Part shown: positions 47,301 to 61,800 of the stretch, one piece after another
Layout of the letters: each line of letters starts with the position of its first letter
Numbering within the stretch: position 1 is the stretch's first letter
NCBI RefSeq assembly: GCF_009914755.1
Contig: NC_060937.1
DNA length: 64,000 nucleotides
Strand: one strand, 5' to 3'
Source of the DNA: the human T2T-CHM13v2.0 reference genome, Homo sapiens
Made by a program: the position numbers and the translations under genes
The notes under the pieces: model-generated
Told to the model about the DNA's origin: nothing
Database searches by the model: none
Seen by the model: the letters and a program-made list of their open reading frames with translations, nothing else

Positions 47301-49269
47301 TACCCAAACTATACATTATATACTGTACATAAAATATGAAATTACATCAAATATATATTATATTAGGTACATAAAATATGAAAGTACATCAAATATAGAT
47401 TATATACTGTACATAAAATACCAAAGTACCCCAAATACATATTATATACTGTACATTAAATATCAAAGTTCACAAACTATATATTATATACTGTACATAA
47501 AATATCAAAGTACCCAAGGTATATATTCTATACTGTGCAAAAAATATCAAAGTACCCAAAGCAAGTATTATATACTGTACATAAAATATGAAAGTACATC
47601 AAATATATATTTTATTCTGTACATAATATATCAAAGTACACCAAATATATATTCTATAGTGTACATAAAATATCAAAGTACCCAAACTATACATTATATA
47701 CTGTACATAAAATATGAAATTACATCAAATATATATTTCTTTAGGTACATAAAATATGAAAGTACATCAAATATAGATTATATACTGTACATAAAATATC
47801 AAAGTACCCCAAATATATATTATATACTGTACATGAAATATCAAAGTTCACAAACTATATATTATATACTGTACATAAAATATCAAAGTACCCAAGGTAT
47901 ATATTCTATACTGCACAAAAAATATCAAAGTACCCAAAGCATGTATTATATACTGTACATAAAATATGAAAGTACATCAAATAAATATTTTATTCTGTAC
48001 ATAAAATATCAAAGTACACCAAATATATATTCTATAGTGTACATAAAATATCAAATTACCCAAACTATACATTATAAACTGTACATAAAATATGAAATTA
48101 TATCAAATATATACTATATTATGTACATAAAATATGAAAGTACATCAAATATAGATTATATACTGTACATGAAATACCAAAGTACCCCAAATAAATATTT
48201 TATACTGTACATGCAATATCAAAGTTCACAAACTATATATTATATACTGTACATAAAATATCAAAGTACCGAAGGTATATATTCTATACTGTACAAAAAA
48301 TATCAAAGTACCCAAAGCATGTATTATATACTGTACATAAAATAAGAAAGTACATCAAATATATATTTTATTCTGTACATAAAATATCAAAGTACACCAA
48401 ATATATATTCTATAGTGTACATAAAATATCAAAGTACCCAAACTATATATTATATACTGTACATAAAATATGAAATTACATCAAATATATATTATATTAG
48501 GTACATTAAATATGAAAGTACATCAAATATAAATTATATACAGTACATAAAATACCAAAGTACCCCAAATATATATTATATACTGTACATGCAATATCAA
48601 AGTTCACAAACTATATATCATATACTGTACATAAAATATCAAAGTACCGAAGGTATATATTCTATACTGTACAAAAAATATCAAAGTACGCAAAGCATGT
48701 ATTATATACTGTACATAAAATATGAAAGTACATCAAATATATATTTTATTCTGTACATAAAATATCAAAGTACACCAAATATATATTCTATAGTGTACAT
48801 AAAATATCAAAGTACCCAAACTATACATTACATACTGTACATAAAATATGAAACTACATCAAATATATATTATAATAGGTACATAAAATATGAAAGTACA
48901 TCAAATATAAATTATATACTGTACATAAAATACCAAAGAACACCAAATATATATTATATACTGTACATGAAATATCAAAGTTCACAAACTATATATTATA
49001 TACTGTATATAAAATATCAAAGTACCCAAGGTATATATTCTGTACTCTATAAAAAATATCAAAGTACCCAAAGCATGTATTATATACTGTTCATAAAATA
49101 TGAAAGTACATCAAATATATATTTTATTCTGTACATAAAATATCAAAGTACACCAAATATATATTCTATAGTGTACATTAAATATCAAAGTACCCAAACT
49201 ATACATTATATACTGTACATAAAATATGAAATTACATCAAATATATATTACATTAGGTACATAAAATAT

Positions 49270-52070
49270 GAAAGTACATCAAATATAGATTATATACTGT
49301 ACATAAAATACCAAAGTACCCCAAATACATATTATATACTGTACATGCAATATCAAAGTTCACAAACTATATATTATATACTGTACATAAAATATCAAAG
49401 CACCCAAGGTATATATTCTATACTGTACAAAAAATATAAAAGTACCCAAAACATGTATTATATACTGTACATAAAATATGAAAGTACATCAAATATATAT
49501 TTTATTCTGTACATAAAATATCAAAGTACACCAAATATATATTCTATAGTGTACATAAAATATCAAAGTACCCAAACTATACATTATATACTGTACATAA
49601 AATATGAAATTACATCAAATATATATTATAATAGGTACATAAAATATGAAAGTACATCAAATATAAATTATGTACTGTACATAAAATACCAAAGAACCCC
49701 AAATATATATTATATACTGTACATGAAATATCAAAGTTCACAAACTATATATTATATACTGTATATAAAATATCAAAGTACCCAAGGTATATATTCTATA
49801 CTGTACAAAAAATATCAAAGTACCCAAAGCATGTATTATATACTGTTCATAAAATATGAAAGTACATCAAATATATATTTTATTCTGTACATAAAATATC
49901 AAAGTACACCAAATATATATTCTATAGTGTACATTAAATATCAAAGTACCCAAACTATACATTGTATACTGTACATAAAATATGAAATTACATCAAATAT
50001 ATATTATATTAGGTACATAAAGTATGAAAGTACATCAAATATAGATTATATACTGTACATAAAATACCAAAGTACCCCAAATACATATTATATACTGTAC
50101 ATGAAATATCAAAGTTCACAAACTATATATTATATACTGTACATAAAATATCAAAGTACCGAAGGTATATATTCTATACTGTACAAAAAATATCAAAGTA
50201 CCCAAAGCATGTATTATATACTGTACATAAAATATGAAAGTACATCAAATATATATTTTATTTTGTACATAAAATATCAGTATACCAAATATATATTCTA
50301 TAGTGTACTTAAAATATCAAAGTACCCAAACTGTACACTACATACTGTACATAAAATATGAAATTACATCAAATATATATTATATTAGGTACATAAAATA
50401 TGAAAGTACATCAACTATAAATTATATACTGTACATAAAATACCAAAGTACCCCAAATATATATTATATACTGTACATAAAATATCAAAGTACCGAAAGT
50501 ATATATTCTATACTGTACAAAAAATATCAAAGTACCCAAAGCATGTATTATATACTGTACATAAATTATGAAAGTACATCAAATATATATTTTATTCTGT
50601 ACATAAAATATCAAAGTACACCAAATATATATTCTATAGTGTACATTAAATATCAAAGTACCCAAACTATACATTATATACTGTACATAAAATATGAAAT
50701 TACATCAAATATATATTATATTAGGTACATAAAATATGAAAGTACATCAAATATATATTATATACTCTACATAAAATACCAAAGTACCCCAAATACATAT
50801 TATATACTGTACATGCAATATCAAAGTTCACACACTATATATTATATACTGTACATAAAATATCAAAGTACCGAAGCTATATATTCTATACTGTACAAAA
50901 AATATCAAAGTACCCAAAGCATGTATTATATACTGTACATAAAATATGAAAGTACATCAAATATATATTTAATTCTGTACATAAAATATCAAAGTACACC
51001 AAATATATATTCTATAGTGTACATAAAATAAGAAAGTACCCAAACTATACATTATATACTGTACATAAAATATGAAATTATATCAAATATATATTACATT
51101 AGGTAAATAAAATATGAAAGTACATCAAATATAGATTATATACTGTACATAAAATACCAAAGTACCCCAAATACATATTATATACTGTACATGCAATATC
51201 AAAGTTCACAAACTATATATTATATACTGTACATAAAATATCAAAGCACCCAAGGTATATATTCTATACTGTACAAAAAATATAAAAGTACCCAAAACAT
51301 GTATTATATACTGTACATAAAATATGAAAGTACATCAAATATATATTTTATTCTGTACATAAAATATCAAAGTACACCAAATATATATTCTATAGTGTAC
51401 ATAAAATATCAAAGTACCCAAACTATACATTATATACTGTACATAAAATATGAAATTACATCAAATATATATTATAATAGGTACATAAAATATGAAAGTA
51501 CATCAAATATAAATTATGTACTGTACATAAAATACCAAAGAACCCCAAATATATATTATATACTGTACATGAAATATCAAAGTTCACAAACTATATATTA
51601 TATACTGTATATAAAATATCAAAGTACCCAAGGTATATATTCTATACTGTACAAAAAATATCAAAGTACCCAAAGCATGTATTATATACTGTACATAAAA
51701 TATGAAAGTACATCAAATATATATTTTATTTTGTACATAAAATATCAGTATACCAAATATATATTCTATAGTGTACTTAAAATATCAAAGTACCCAAACT
51801 GTACACTACATACTGTACATAAAATATGAAATTACATCAAATATATATTATATTAGGTACATAAAATATGAAAGTACATCAACTATAATTTATATACTGT
51901 ACATAAAATACCAAAGTACCCCAAATATATATTATATACTGTACATAAAATATCAAAGTACTGAAAGTATATAGTCTATACTGTACAAAAAATATCAAAG
52001 TACCCAAAGCATGTATTATATACTGTACATAAATTATGAAAGTACATCAAATATATATTTTATTCTGTAC
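49270..52070 (+). repeat. 1,846-bp-offset tandem duplication whose second copy lacks one HOR; contains two 8-mer HORs (50221-50554, 51689-52022)
   Basis: AAAGCACCC at 49401/51247 (offset 1846). The 2-bp deletion ATCAGTATACC and CTGTACACTAC are at offset 1468 (ORFs 50303/51771) = 1846 - 378. Both 334-bp units lack the GTTCACAAAC monomer 7. Confidence 0.85.
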
Positions 52071-52820
52071 ATAAAATATCAAAGTACACCAAATATATAC
52101 TCTATAGTGTACATAAAATATCAAAGTACCCAAACTATACATTATATACTGTACATAAAATATGAAATTACATCAAATATATATTATAATAGGTACATAA
52201 AATATGAAAGTACATCAAATATAAATTATATACTGTACATAAAATACCAAAGAACCCCAAATATATATTATATACTGTACATGAAATATCAAAGTTCACA
52301 AACTATATATTATATACTGTATATAAAATATCAAAGTACCCAAGGTATATATTCTATACTGTACAAAAAATATCAAAGTACCCAAAGCATGTATTATATA
52401 CTGTTCATAAAATATGAAAGTATATCAAATATATATTTTATTCTGTACATAAAATATCAAAGTACGCCAAATATATATTCTATAGTGTACATTAAATATC
52501 AATGTATCCAAACTATACATTATATACTGTACATAATATATGAAATTACATCAAATATATATTATATTAGGTACATAAAATATGAAAGTACATCAAATAT
52601 AGATTATATACTCTACATAAAATACCAAAGTACCCCAAATACATATTATATACTGTACATGAAATATCAAAGTTCACAAACTATATATTATATACTGTAC
52701 ATAAAATATCAAAGTACCCAAGGTATATATTCTATACTGTACAAAAAATATCAAAGTACCCAAAGCATGTATTATATACTATACATAAAATATGAAAGTA
52801 CATCAAATATATATTTTATT

Positions 52821-55800
52821 CTGTACATAAAATATCGAAGTACACCAAATATATATTCTATAGTGTACATAAAATATCAAAGTACCCAAACCATACATTA
52901 TATACTGTACATAAAATATGAAATTACATCAAATATATATTATATTAGGTACATAAAATATGAAAGTACATCAAATATAGATTATATAGTGTACATAAAA
53001 TACCAAATTACCCCAAATATATATTATATACTATACATGAAATATCAAAGTTCACAAACTATATATTATATACTGTACATAAAATATGAAAGTACCGAAG
53101 GTATATATTCTATACTCTACAAAAAATATCAAAGTACCCAAAGCATGTATTATATACGATACATAAAATATGGAAGTACATCAAATATATATTTAATTCT
53201 GTACATAAAATATCAAAGTACACCAAATATATATTCTATAGTGTACATAAAATATCAAAGTACCCAAACTATACATTATATACTGTACATAAAATATGAA
53301 ATTACGTCAAATATATATTATATTATGTACATAAAATATGAAAGTACATCAAATATAGATTATATACTGTACATAAAATACCAAAGTACACCAAATATAT
53401 ATTTTATACTGTACATGAAATATCAAAGTTCACAAACTACATATTATATACTGTAGATAAAATATCAAAGTACCCAAGGTATATATTCTATACTGTACAA
53501 AAAATATCAAAGTACCCAAAGCATGTATTATATACTGTACATAAAATATGAAAGTACATCAAATATAGATTTTATTCTGTACATAAAATATCAAAGTACA
53601 CTAAATATATATTCTATAGTGTACATAAAATATCAAACTACCCAAACTATACATTATATACTGTACATAAAATATGAAATTACATCAAATATATATTATA
53701 TTAGGTACATAAAATATGAAAGTACATCAAATATAGATTATATACTGTACATAAAATACCAAAGTACACCAAATATATATTTTATACTGTACATGCAATA
53801 TCAAAGTTCACAAACTATATATTATATACTGTACATAAAATATCAAAGTACCCAAGGTATATATTCTATACTGTACAAAAAATATCAAAGTACCCAAAGC
53901 ATGTATTATATACTGTACATAAAATATGAAAGTACATCAAATATATATTTTATTCTGTACATAAAATATCAAAGTACACTAAATATATATTCTATAGTGT
54001 ACATAAAATATCAAAGTACCCAAACTATACATTATATACTGTACATAAAATATGAAATTACATCAAATATATATTATATTAGGTACATAAAATATGAAAG
54101 TACATCAAATATAGATTATATACTGTACATAAAATACCAAAGTTCCCCAAATACATATTATATACTGTACATGAAATATCAAAGTTCACAAACTATATAT
54201 TATATACTGTACATAAAATATCAAAGTACCCAAGTTATATATTCTATACTGTACAAAAAATATCAAAGTACCCAAAGCAAGTATTATATACTGTACATAA
54301 AATATGAAAGTACATCAAATATATATTTTATTCTGTACATAAAATATCAAAGTACACCAAATATATATTCTATAGTGTACATAAAATATCAAAGTACCCA
54401 AACTATACATTATATACTTTACATAAAATATGAAATTACATCAAATATATATTATATTAGGTACATAAAATATGAAAGTACATCAAATATAAATTATATA
54501 CTGTACATAAAATACCAAAGTACCCCAAATATATATTATAAACTGTACATGCAATATCAAAGTTCACAAACTATATATCATATACTGTACATAAAATATC
54601 AAAGTACCGAAGTTATATATTCTATACTGTACAAAAAATATCAAAGTACCCAAAGTATGTATTATATACTGTACATAAAATATGAAATTACATCAAATAT
54701 ATATTATATTATGCACATAAAATATGAAAGTACATCAAATATATATTATATACTGTACATAAAATACCAAAGTACCCCAAATACATATTATATACCGTAC
54801 ATGAAATATCAAAGTTCACAAACTATATATTATATACTGTACGTAAAATATCAAAGTACCGAAGGTATATATTCTATACTGTACAAAAAATATCAAAGTA
54901 CCCAAAGCATGTATTATATAGTGTACATAAAATATGAAAGTACATCAAATATATATTTTATTCTGTACATAAAATATCAAAGTATACCAAATATATATTC
55001 TATAGTGTACATAAAATATCAAACTACCCAAACTATACATTATATACTGTACATAAAACATGAAATTACATCCAATATATATTATATTAGGTACATAAAA
55101 TATGAAAGTACATCAAATATAAATTATATACTGTACATAAAATACCAAAGTACCCCAAATATATATTATATACTGTACATGAAATATCAAAGTTCACAAA
55201 CTATATATTATATACTGTACATAAAAAATCAAAGTAACCAAGGTATATATTCTATACTGTACAAAAAATATCAAAGTACCCAAAGCATGTATTATATACT
55301 GTACATAAAATATGAAAGTACATCAAATATATATTTTATTCTGTACATAAAATATCAAAGTACACTAAATATATATTCTATAGTGTACATAAAATATCAA
55401 AGTACCCAAACTATACATTATATACTGTACATAAAATATGAAATTACATCAAATATATATTATATTAGGTACATAAAATATGAAAGTACATCAAATATAG
55501 ATTATATACTGTACATAAAATACCAAAGTAACCCAAATACATATTATATACTGTACATGAAATATCAAAGTTCACAAACTATATATTATATACTGTACAT
55601 AAAATATCAAAGTACCCAAAGTATATATTCTATACTGTACAAAAAATATCAAAGTACCCAAAGCAAGTATTATATACTGTACATAAAATATGAAAGTACA
55701 TCAAGTATATATTTTATTCTGTACATAAAATATCAAAGTACACCAAATATATATTCTATAGTGTACATAAAATATCAAAGTAGCCAAACTATACATTTTA

Positions 55801-58800
55801 AACTGTACATAAAATATAAAATTACATCAAATACACACTATATTATGTACATAAAATATGAAAGTACATCAAATATAGATTATATACTGTACATAAAATA
55901 CCAAAGTACACCAAATATATATTATATACTGTACATGAAATATCAAAGTTCACAAACTATATATTATATACTGTACATAAAATATCAAACTACCCAAGGT
56001 ATATATTCTATACTGTACAAAAAATATCAAAGTACCCAAAGCATGTATTATATAGTGTATATAAAATATGAAAGTACTTCAAATATATATTTAATTCTGT
56101 ACATAAAATATCAAAGTAAACCAAATATATATTCTATAGTGTACATAAAATATCAAAGTACCCAAACTATACATTATATACTGTACAGAAAATATGAAAT
56201 TACATCAAATATATATTATATTATGTACATAAAATATGAAAGTACATCAAATATAGATTATATACTGTACATAAAATACCAAAGAACCCCAAATATATAT
56301 TATATACTCTACATGAAATATCAAAGTTCACAAACTATATATTATATACTGTACATAAAATATCAAAGTACCCAAGGTATATATTCTATACTGTAGAAAA
56401 AATATCAAAGTACCCAAAGCATGTATTATATACTGTACATAAAATATGAAAGTACATCAAATATATATTTTATTCTGTACATAAAATATCAAAGTACACC
56501 AAATATATATTCTATAGTGTACATTAAATATCAAACTACCCAAACTATACATTATATACTGTACATAAAATATGAAATTACATCAAATATATATTATATT
56601 AGGTACATAAAATATGAAAGTACATCAAAGATATATTATATACTGTACATAAAATACCAAAGTACCCCAAATACATATTATATACTGTACATGAAATATC
56701 AAAGTTCACAAACTATATATTATATATTGTACATAAAATATCAAAGTACCCAAGGTATATATTCTATACTGTACAAAAAATATCAAAGTACCCAAAGCAT
56801 GTATTATATACTGTACATAAAATATGAAAGTACATGAAATATATATTTTATTCGGTACATAAAATATGAAAGTACACCAAATATATATTCTACAGTGTAC
56901 ATAAAATATCAAAGTACCCAAACTATACATTATATACTGTACATAAAATATGAAATTACATCAAATATATATTATATTAGGTACATAAAATATGAAAGTA
57001 CATCAAATATAGATTATATACAGTACATAAATTACCAAAGTACCCCAAATATATATTATATACTTTACATGCAATATCAAAGTTCACAAACTATATATCT
57101 TATACTGTACATAAAATATCAAAGGACCAAAGGTATATATTCTATACTGTACAAAAAATATCAAAGTACGCAAAGCATGTATTATATACTGTACATAAAA
57201 TATGAAAGTACATCAAATATATATTTTATTCTGTACATAAAATATCAAAGTACACCAAATATATATTCTACAGTGTACATAAAATATCAAAGTACCCAAA
57301 CTATACATTATATACTGTACATAAAATATGAAATTACATCAAATATATATTATGTTAGGAACATAAAATATGAAAGTATATGAAATATATATTATATACT
57401 GTACATAAAATACCAAAGTACCCCAAATACATATTATATACTGTACATTAAATATCAAAGTTCACAAACTATATATTATATACTGTACATAAAAAATCAA
57501 GGTACCAAAGGTATATATTCTATACTGTACAACAAATATCAAAGTACCCAAAGCATGTATTATATACTGTACATAAAATATGAAAGTACATGAAATATAT
57601 ATTTTATTCGGTACATAAAATATGAAAGTACACCAAATATATATTCTATAGTGTACATAAAATATCAAAGTACCCAAACTATACATTATATACTGTACAT
57701 AAAATCTGAAATTACATCAAATATATATTATATTAGGTACATAAAATATTAAAGTACATCAAATATAAATTATATACTGTACATAAAATACCAAAGAACC
57801 CCCAATATATATTATATACTGTACATGCAATATCAAAGTTCACAAACTATATATCATATACTGTACATAAAATATCAAAGTACCGAAAGTATATATTCTA
57901 TACTGTACAAAAAATATCAAAGTACCCAAAGCATGTATTATATCCTGTACATAAAATATGAAAGTACATCAAATATATATTTTATTCTGTACATAAAATA
58001 TCAAAGTACACCAAATATATATTCTATAGTGTACATAAAATATCAAAGTACCCAAACAATACATTATATACTGTACATAAATTATGAAATTACATCAAAT
58101 ATATATTATATTAGGTACATAAAATATGAAAGTACATCAAATATAAATTATATACTGTACATAAAATACCAAAGTACCCCAAATATATATTATATACTGT
58201 ACATGCAATATCAAAGTTCACAAACTATATATCATATACTGTACATAAAATATCAAAGTACTGAAGGTATATATTCTATACTCTACAAAAAATATCAAAG
58301 TACCCAAAGCATGTATTATATACGGTACATAAAATATGAAAGTACATCAAATATATATTTTATTCTGTACATAAAATATCAAAGTACACCAAATATATAT
58401 TCTATAGTGTACATAAAATATCAAAGTACCCAAACTATACATTATAAACTGTACACAAAATATGAAATTACATCAAATATATACTATATTATGTACATAA
58501 AATATGAAAGTACATCAAATATAGATTATATACTGTACATAAAATACCAAAGTACCCCAAATTAATATTTTATACTGCACATGCAATATCAAAGTTCACA
58601 AACAATATATTATATACTGTACATAAAATATCAAAGTACCGAAGGTATATATTCTATACTGTACAAAAAATATCAAAGTACCCAAAGCATGTATTATATA
58701 CTGTACATAAAATATGAAAGTACATCAAATATGTATTTTATTCTGTACATAAAATATCAAAGTACACCAAATATATATTCTATAGTGTACATAAAATATC

Positions 58801-61800
58801 AAAGTACCCAAACCATACATTATATACTGTACATAAAATATGAAATTACATCAAATATATATTATATTAGGTACATAAAATATGAAAGTACATCAAATAT
58901 AGATTATATAGTGTACATAAAATGCCAAAGTACCCCAAATATATATTATATACCGTACATGAAATATCAAAGTTCACAAACTATATATTATATACTGTAC
59001 ATAAAATATCAAGGTACCCAAGGTATATATTCTATACTCTACAAAAAATATCAAAGTACCCAAAGCATGTATTATATACTGTACATAAAATAAGAAAGTA
59101 CATCAAATATATATTTAATTCTGTACATAAAATATCAAAGTACACCAAATATATATTCTATAGTGTATATAAAATATCAAAGTACCCAAACTATACATTA
59201 TATACTGTACATAAAATATGAAATTACATCAAATATATATTATATTATGTACATAAAATATGAAAGTACATCAAATGTAGATTATATACTGTACATAAAA
59301 TACCAAAGAACCGCAAATATATATTATATACTGTACATGAAATATCAAACTTCACAAACTATATATTATATACTGTACATAAAATATCAAAGTACCCAAG
59401 GTATATATTCTATACTGTACAAAAAATATCAAAGTACCCAAAGCATGTATTATATACTGTACATAAAATATGAACGTACATCAAATATATATTTTATTCT
59501 GTACATAAAATATCAAAGTACACTAAATATATATTCTATAGTGTACATAAAATATCAAAGTACCCAAACTATACATTATATACTGTACATAAAATATGAA
59601 ATTATATCAAATATATATTATATTAGGTACATAAAATATGAAAGTACATCAAATATAAATTATATACTGTACATAAAATACCAAAGTACCCCAAATATAT
59701 ATTATATACTGTACATGCAATATCAAAGTTCACAAACTATATATCATATACTGTACATAAAATATCAAAGTACCGAAGGTACATATTCTATACTGTACAA
59801 AAAATATCAAAGTACCCAAAGCATGTATTATATACTGTACATAAAATATGAAAGTACATCAAATATATATTTTATTCTGTACATTAAATATCAAAGTACA
59901 CCAAATATATATTCTATAGTGTACATAAAATATCAAAGTACCCAAACGATACATTATATACTGTACATAAAATATGAAATTACATCAATTATATATTATA
60001 TTAGGTACATAAAATATGAAAGTACATCAAATATAGATTGTATACTGTGCATAAAATACCAAAGTACCCCAAATACATATTATATACTGTACATGAAATA
60101 TGAAAGTTCACAAACTATATATTATATACTGTACATAAAATATCAAAGTACCCAAGGTATATATTCTATACTGTACAAAAAATATCAAAGTACCCAAAGC
60201 AAGTATTATATACTGTACATAAAATATGAAAGTACATCAAATATGTATTTTATTCTGTACATATAATATCAAAGTACACCAAATATATATTCTATAGTGT
60301 ACATAAAATATCAAAGTACCCAAACTATACATTAGAAACTGTACATAAAATATGAAATTACATCAAATATATACTATATTATGTACATAAAATATGAAAG
60401 TACATCAAATATAGATTATATACTGTATGTAAAACACCAAAGTACCCCAAATATATATTTTATACTGTACATGAAATATCAAAGTTCACAAACTATATAT
60501 TATATACTGTACATAAAATACCAAAGTACCGAAGGTATATATTCTATACTGTACAAAAAATATCAAAGTACCCAAAGCATGTATTATATACTGTACATAA
60601 AATATGAAAGTACATCAAATATATATTTTATTCTGTACAAAAAATATCAAAGTACACCAGATATATATTCTATAGTGTACATTAAATATCAAAGTACCCA
60701 AACTATACATTATATACTGTACATAAAATATGAAATTACATCAAATATATATTATATTAGGTACATAAAATATGAAAGTACATCAAATATACATTATATA
60801 CTGTACATAAAATACTAAAGTACCCCAAATTCATATTATATACTGTACATGAAATATGAAAGTTCACAAACTATATATTATATACTGTACATAAAATATC
60901 AAAGTACCCAAGGTATATATTCTATACTGTACAAAAAATATCAAAGTACCCAAAGCATGTATTATATACTGTACATAAAATATGAAAGTACATCAAATAT
61001 ATATTTTATTCTGTACATAAAATATCAAAGTACACCAAATATATATTCTATAGTGTTCATAAAATATCAAAGTACCCAAACTATACATTATATACTGTAC
61101 ATAAAATATGAAAATACATCAAATATATATTATATTAGGTACATAACATATGAAAGTACATCAAATATAAATTATATACTGTACATAAAATACCAAAGTA
61201 CCCCAAATATATATTATATACTGTACATGCAATATCAAAGTTCATAAACTATATATCATATACTGTACATAAAATATCAAAGTACCGAAGGTATATATTC
61301 TATGCTGTACAAAAAATATCAAAGTACCCAAAGCATGTATTATATACTGTACATAAAATATTAAAGTACATCAAATATATATTTTATTCTGTACATAAAA
61401 TATCAAAGTACACCAAATATATATTCTATAGTGTACATAAAATATCAAAGTACCCAAACTATACATTATATACTGTACATAAAATATGAAATTACATCAA
61501 ATATATATTATATTAGGTAGATAAAATATGAAAGTACATCAAATATAAATTATATACTGTACATAAAATACCAAAGTACCCCAAATATATATTATATACT
61601 GTACATGAAATATCAAAGTTCACAAACTATATATTATATACTGTACATAAAATATCAAAGTACCCAAGGTATATATTCTATACTCTACAAAAAAATCAAA
61701 GTACCCAAAGCATGTATTATATACGGTACATAAAATATGAAAGTACATCAAATATATATTTAATTCTGTACATAAAATATCAAAGTACACCAAATATATA

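Noticed and set aside
8169-57686. Recurrent 74-aa minus-strand ORFs (MYSLGTLIF...) resembling small membrane proteins
   Set aside because: They appear only where one substitution removes the usual TGA (for example CATCAA to CATGAA on the + strand); hydrophobicity follows from the T-rich strand.
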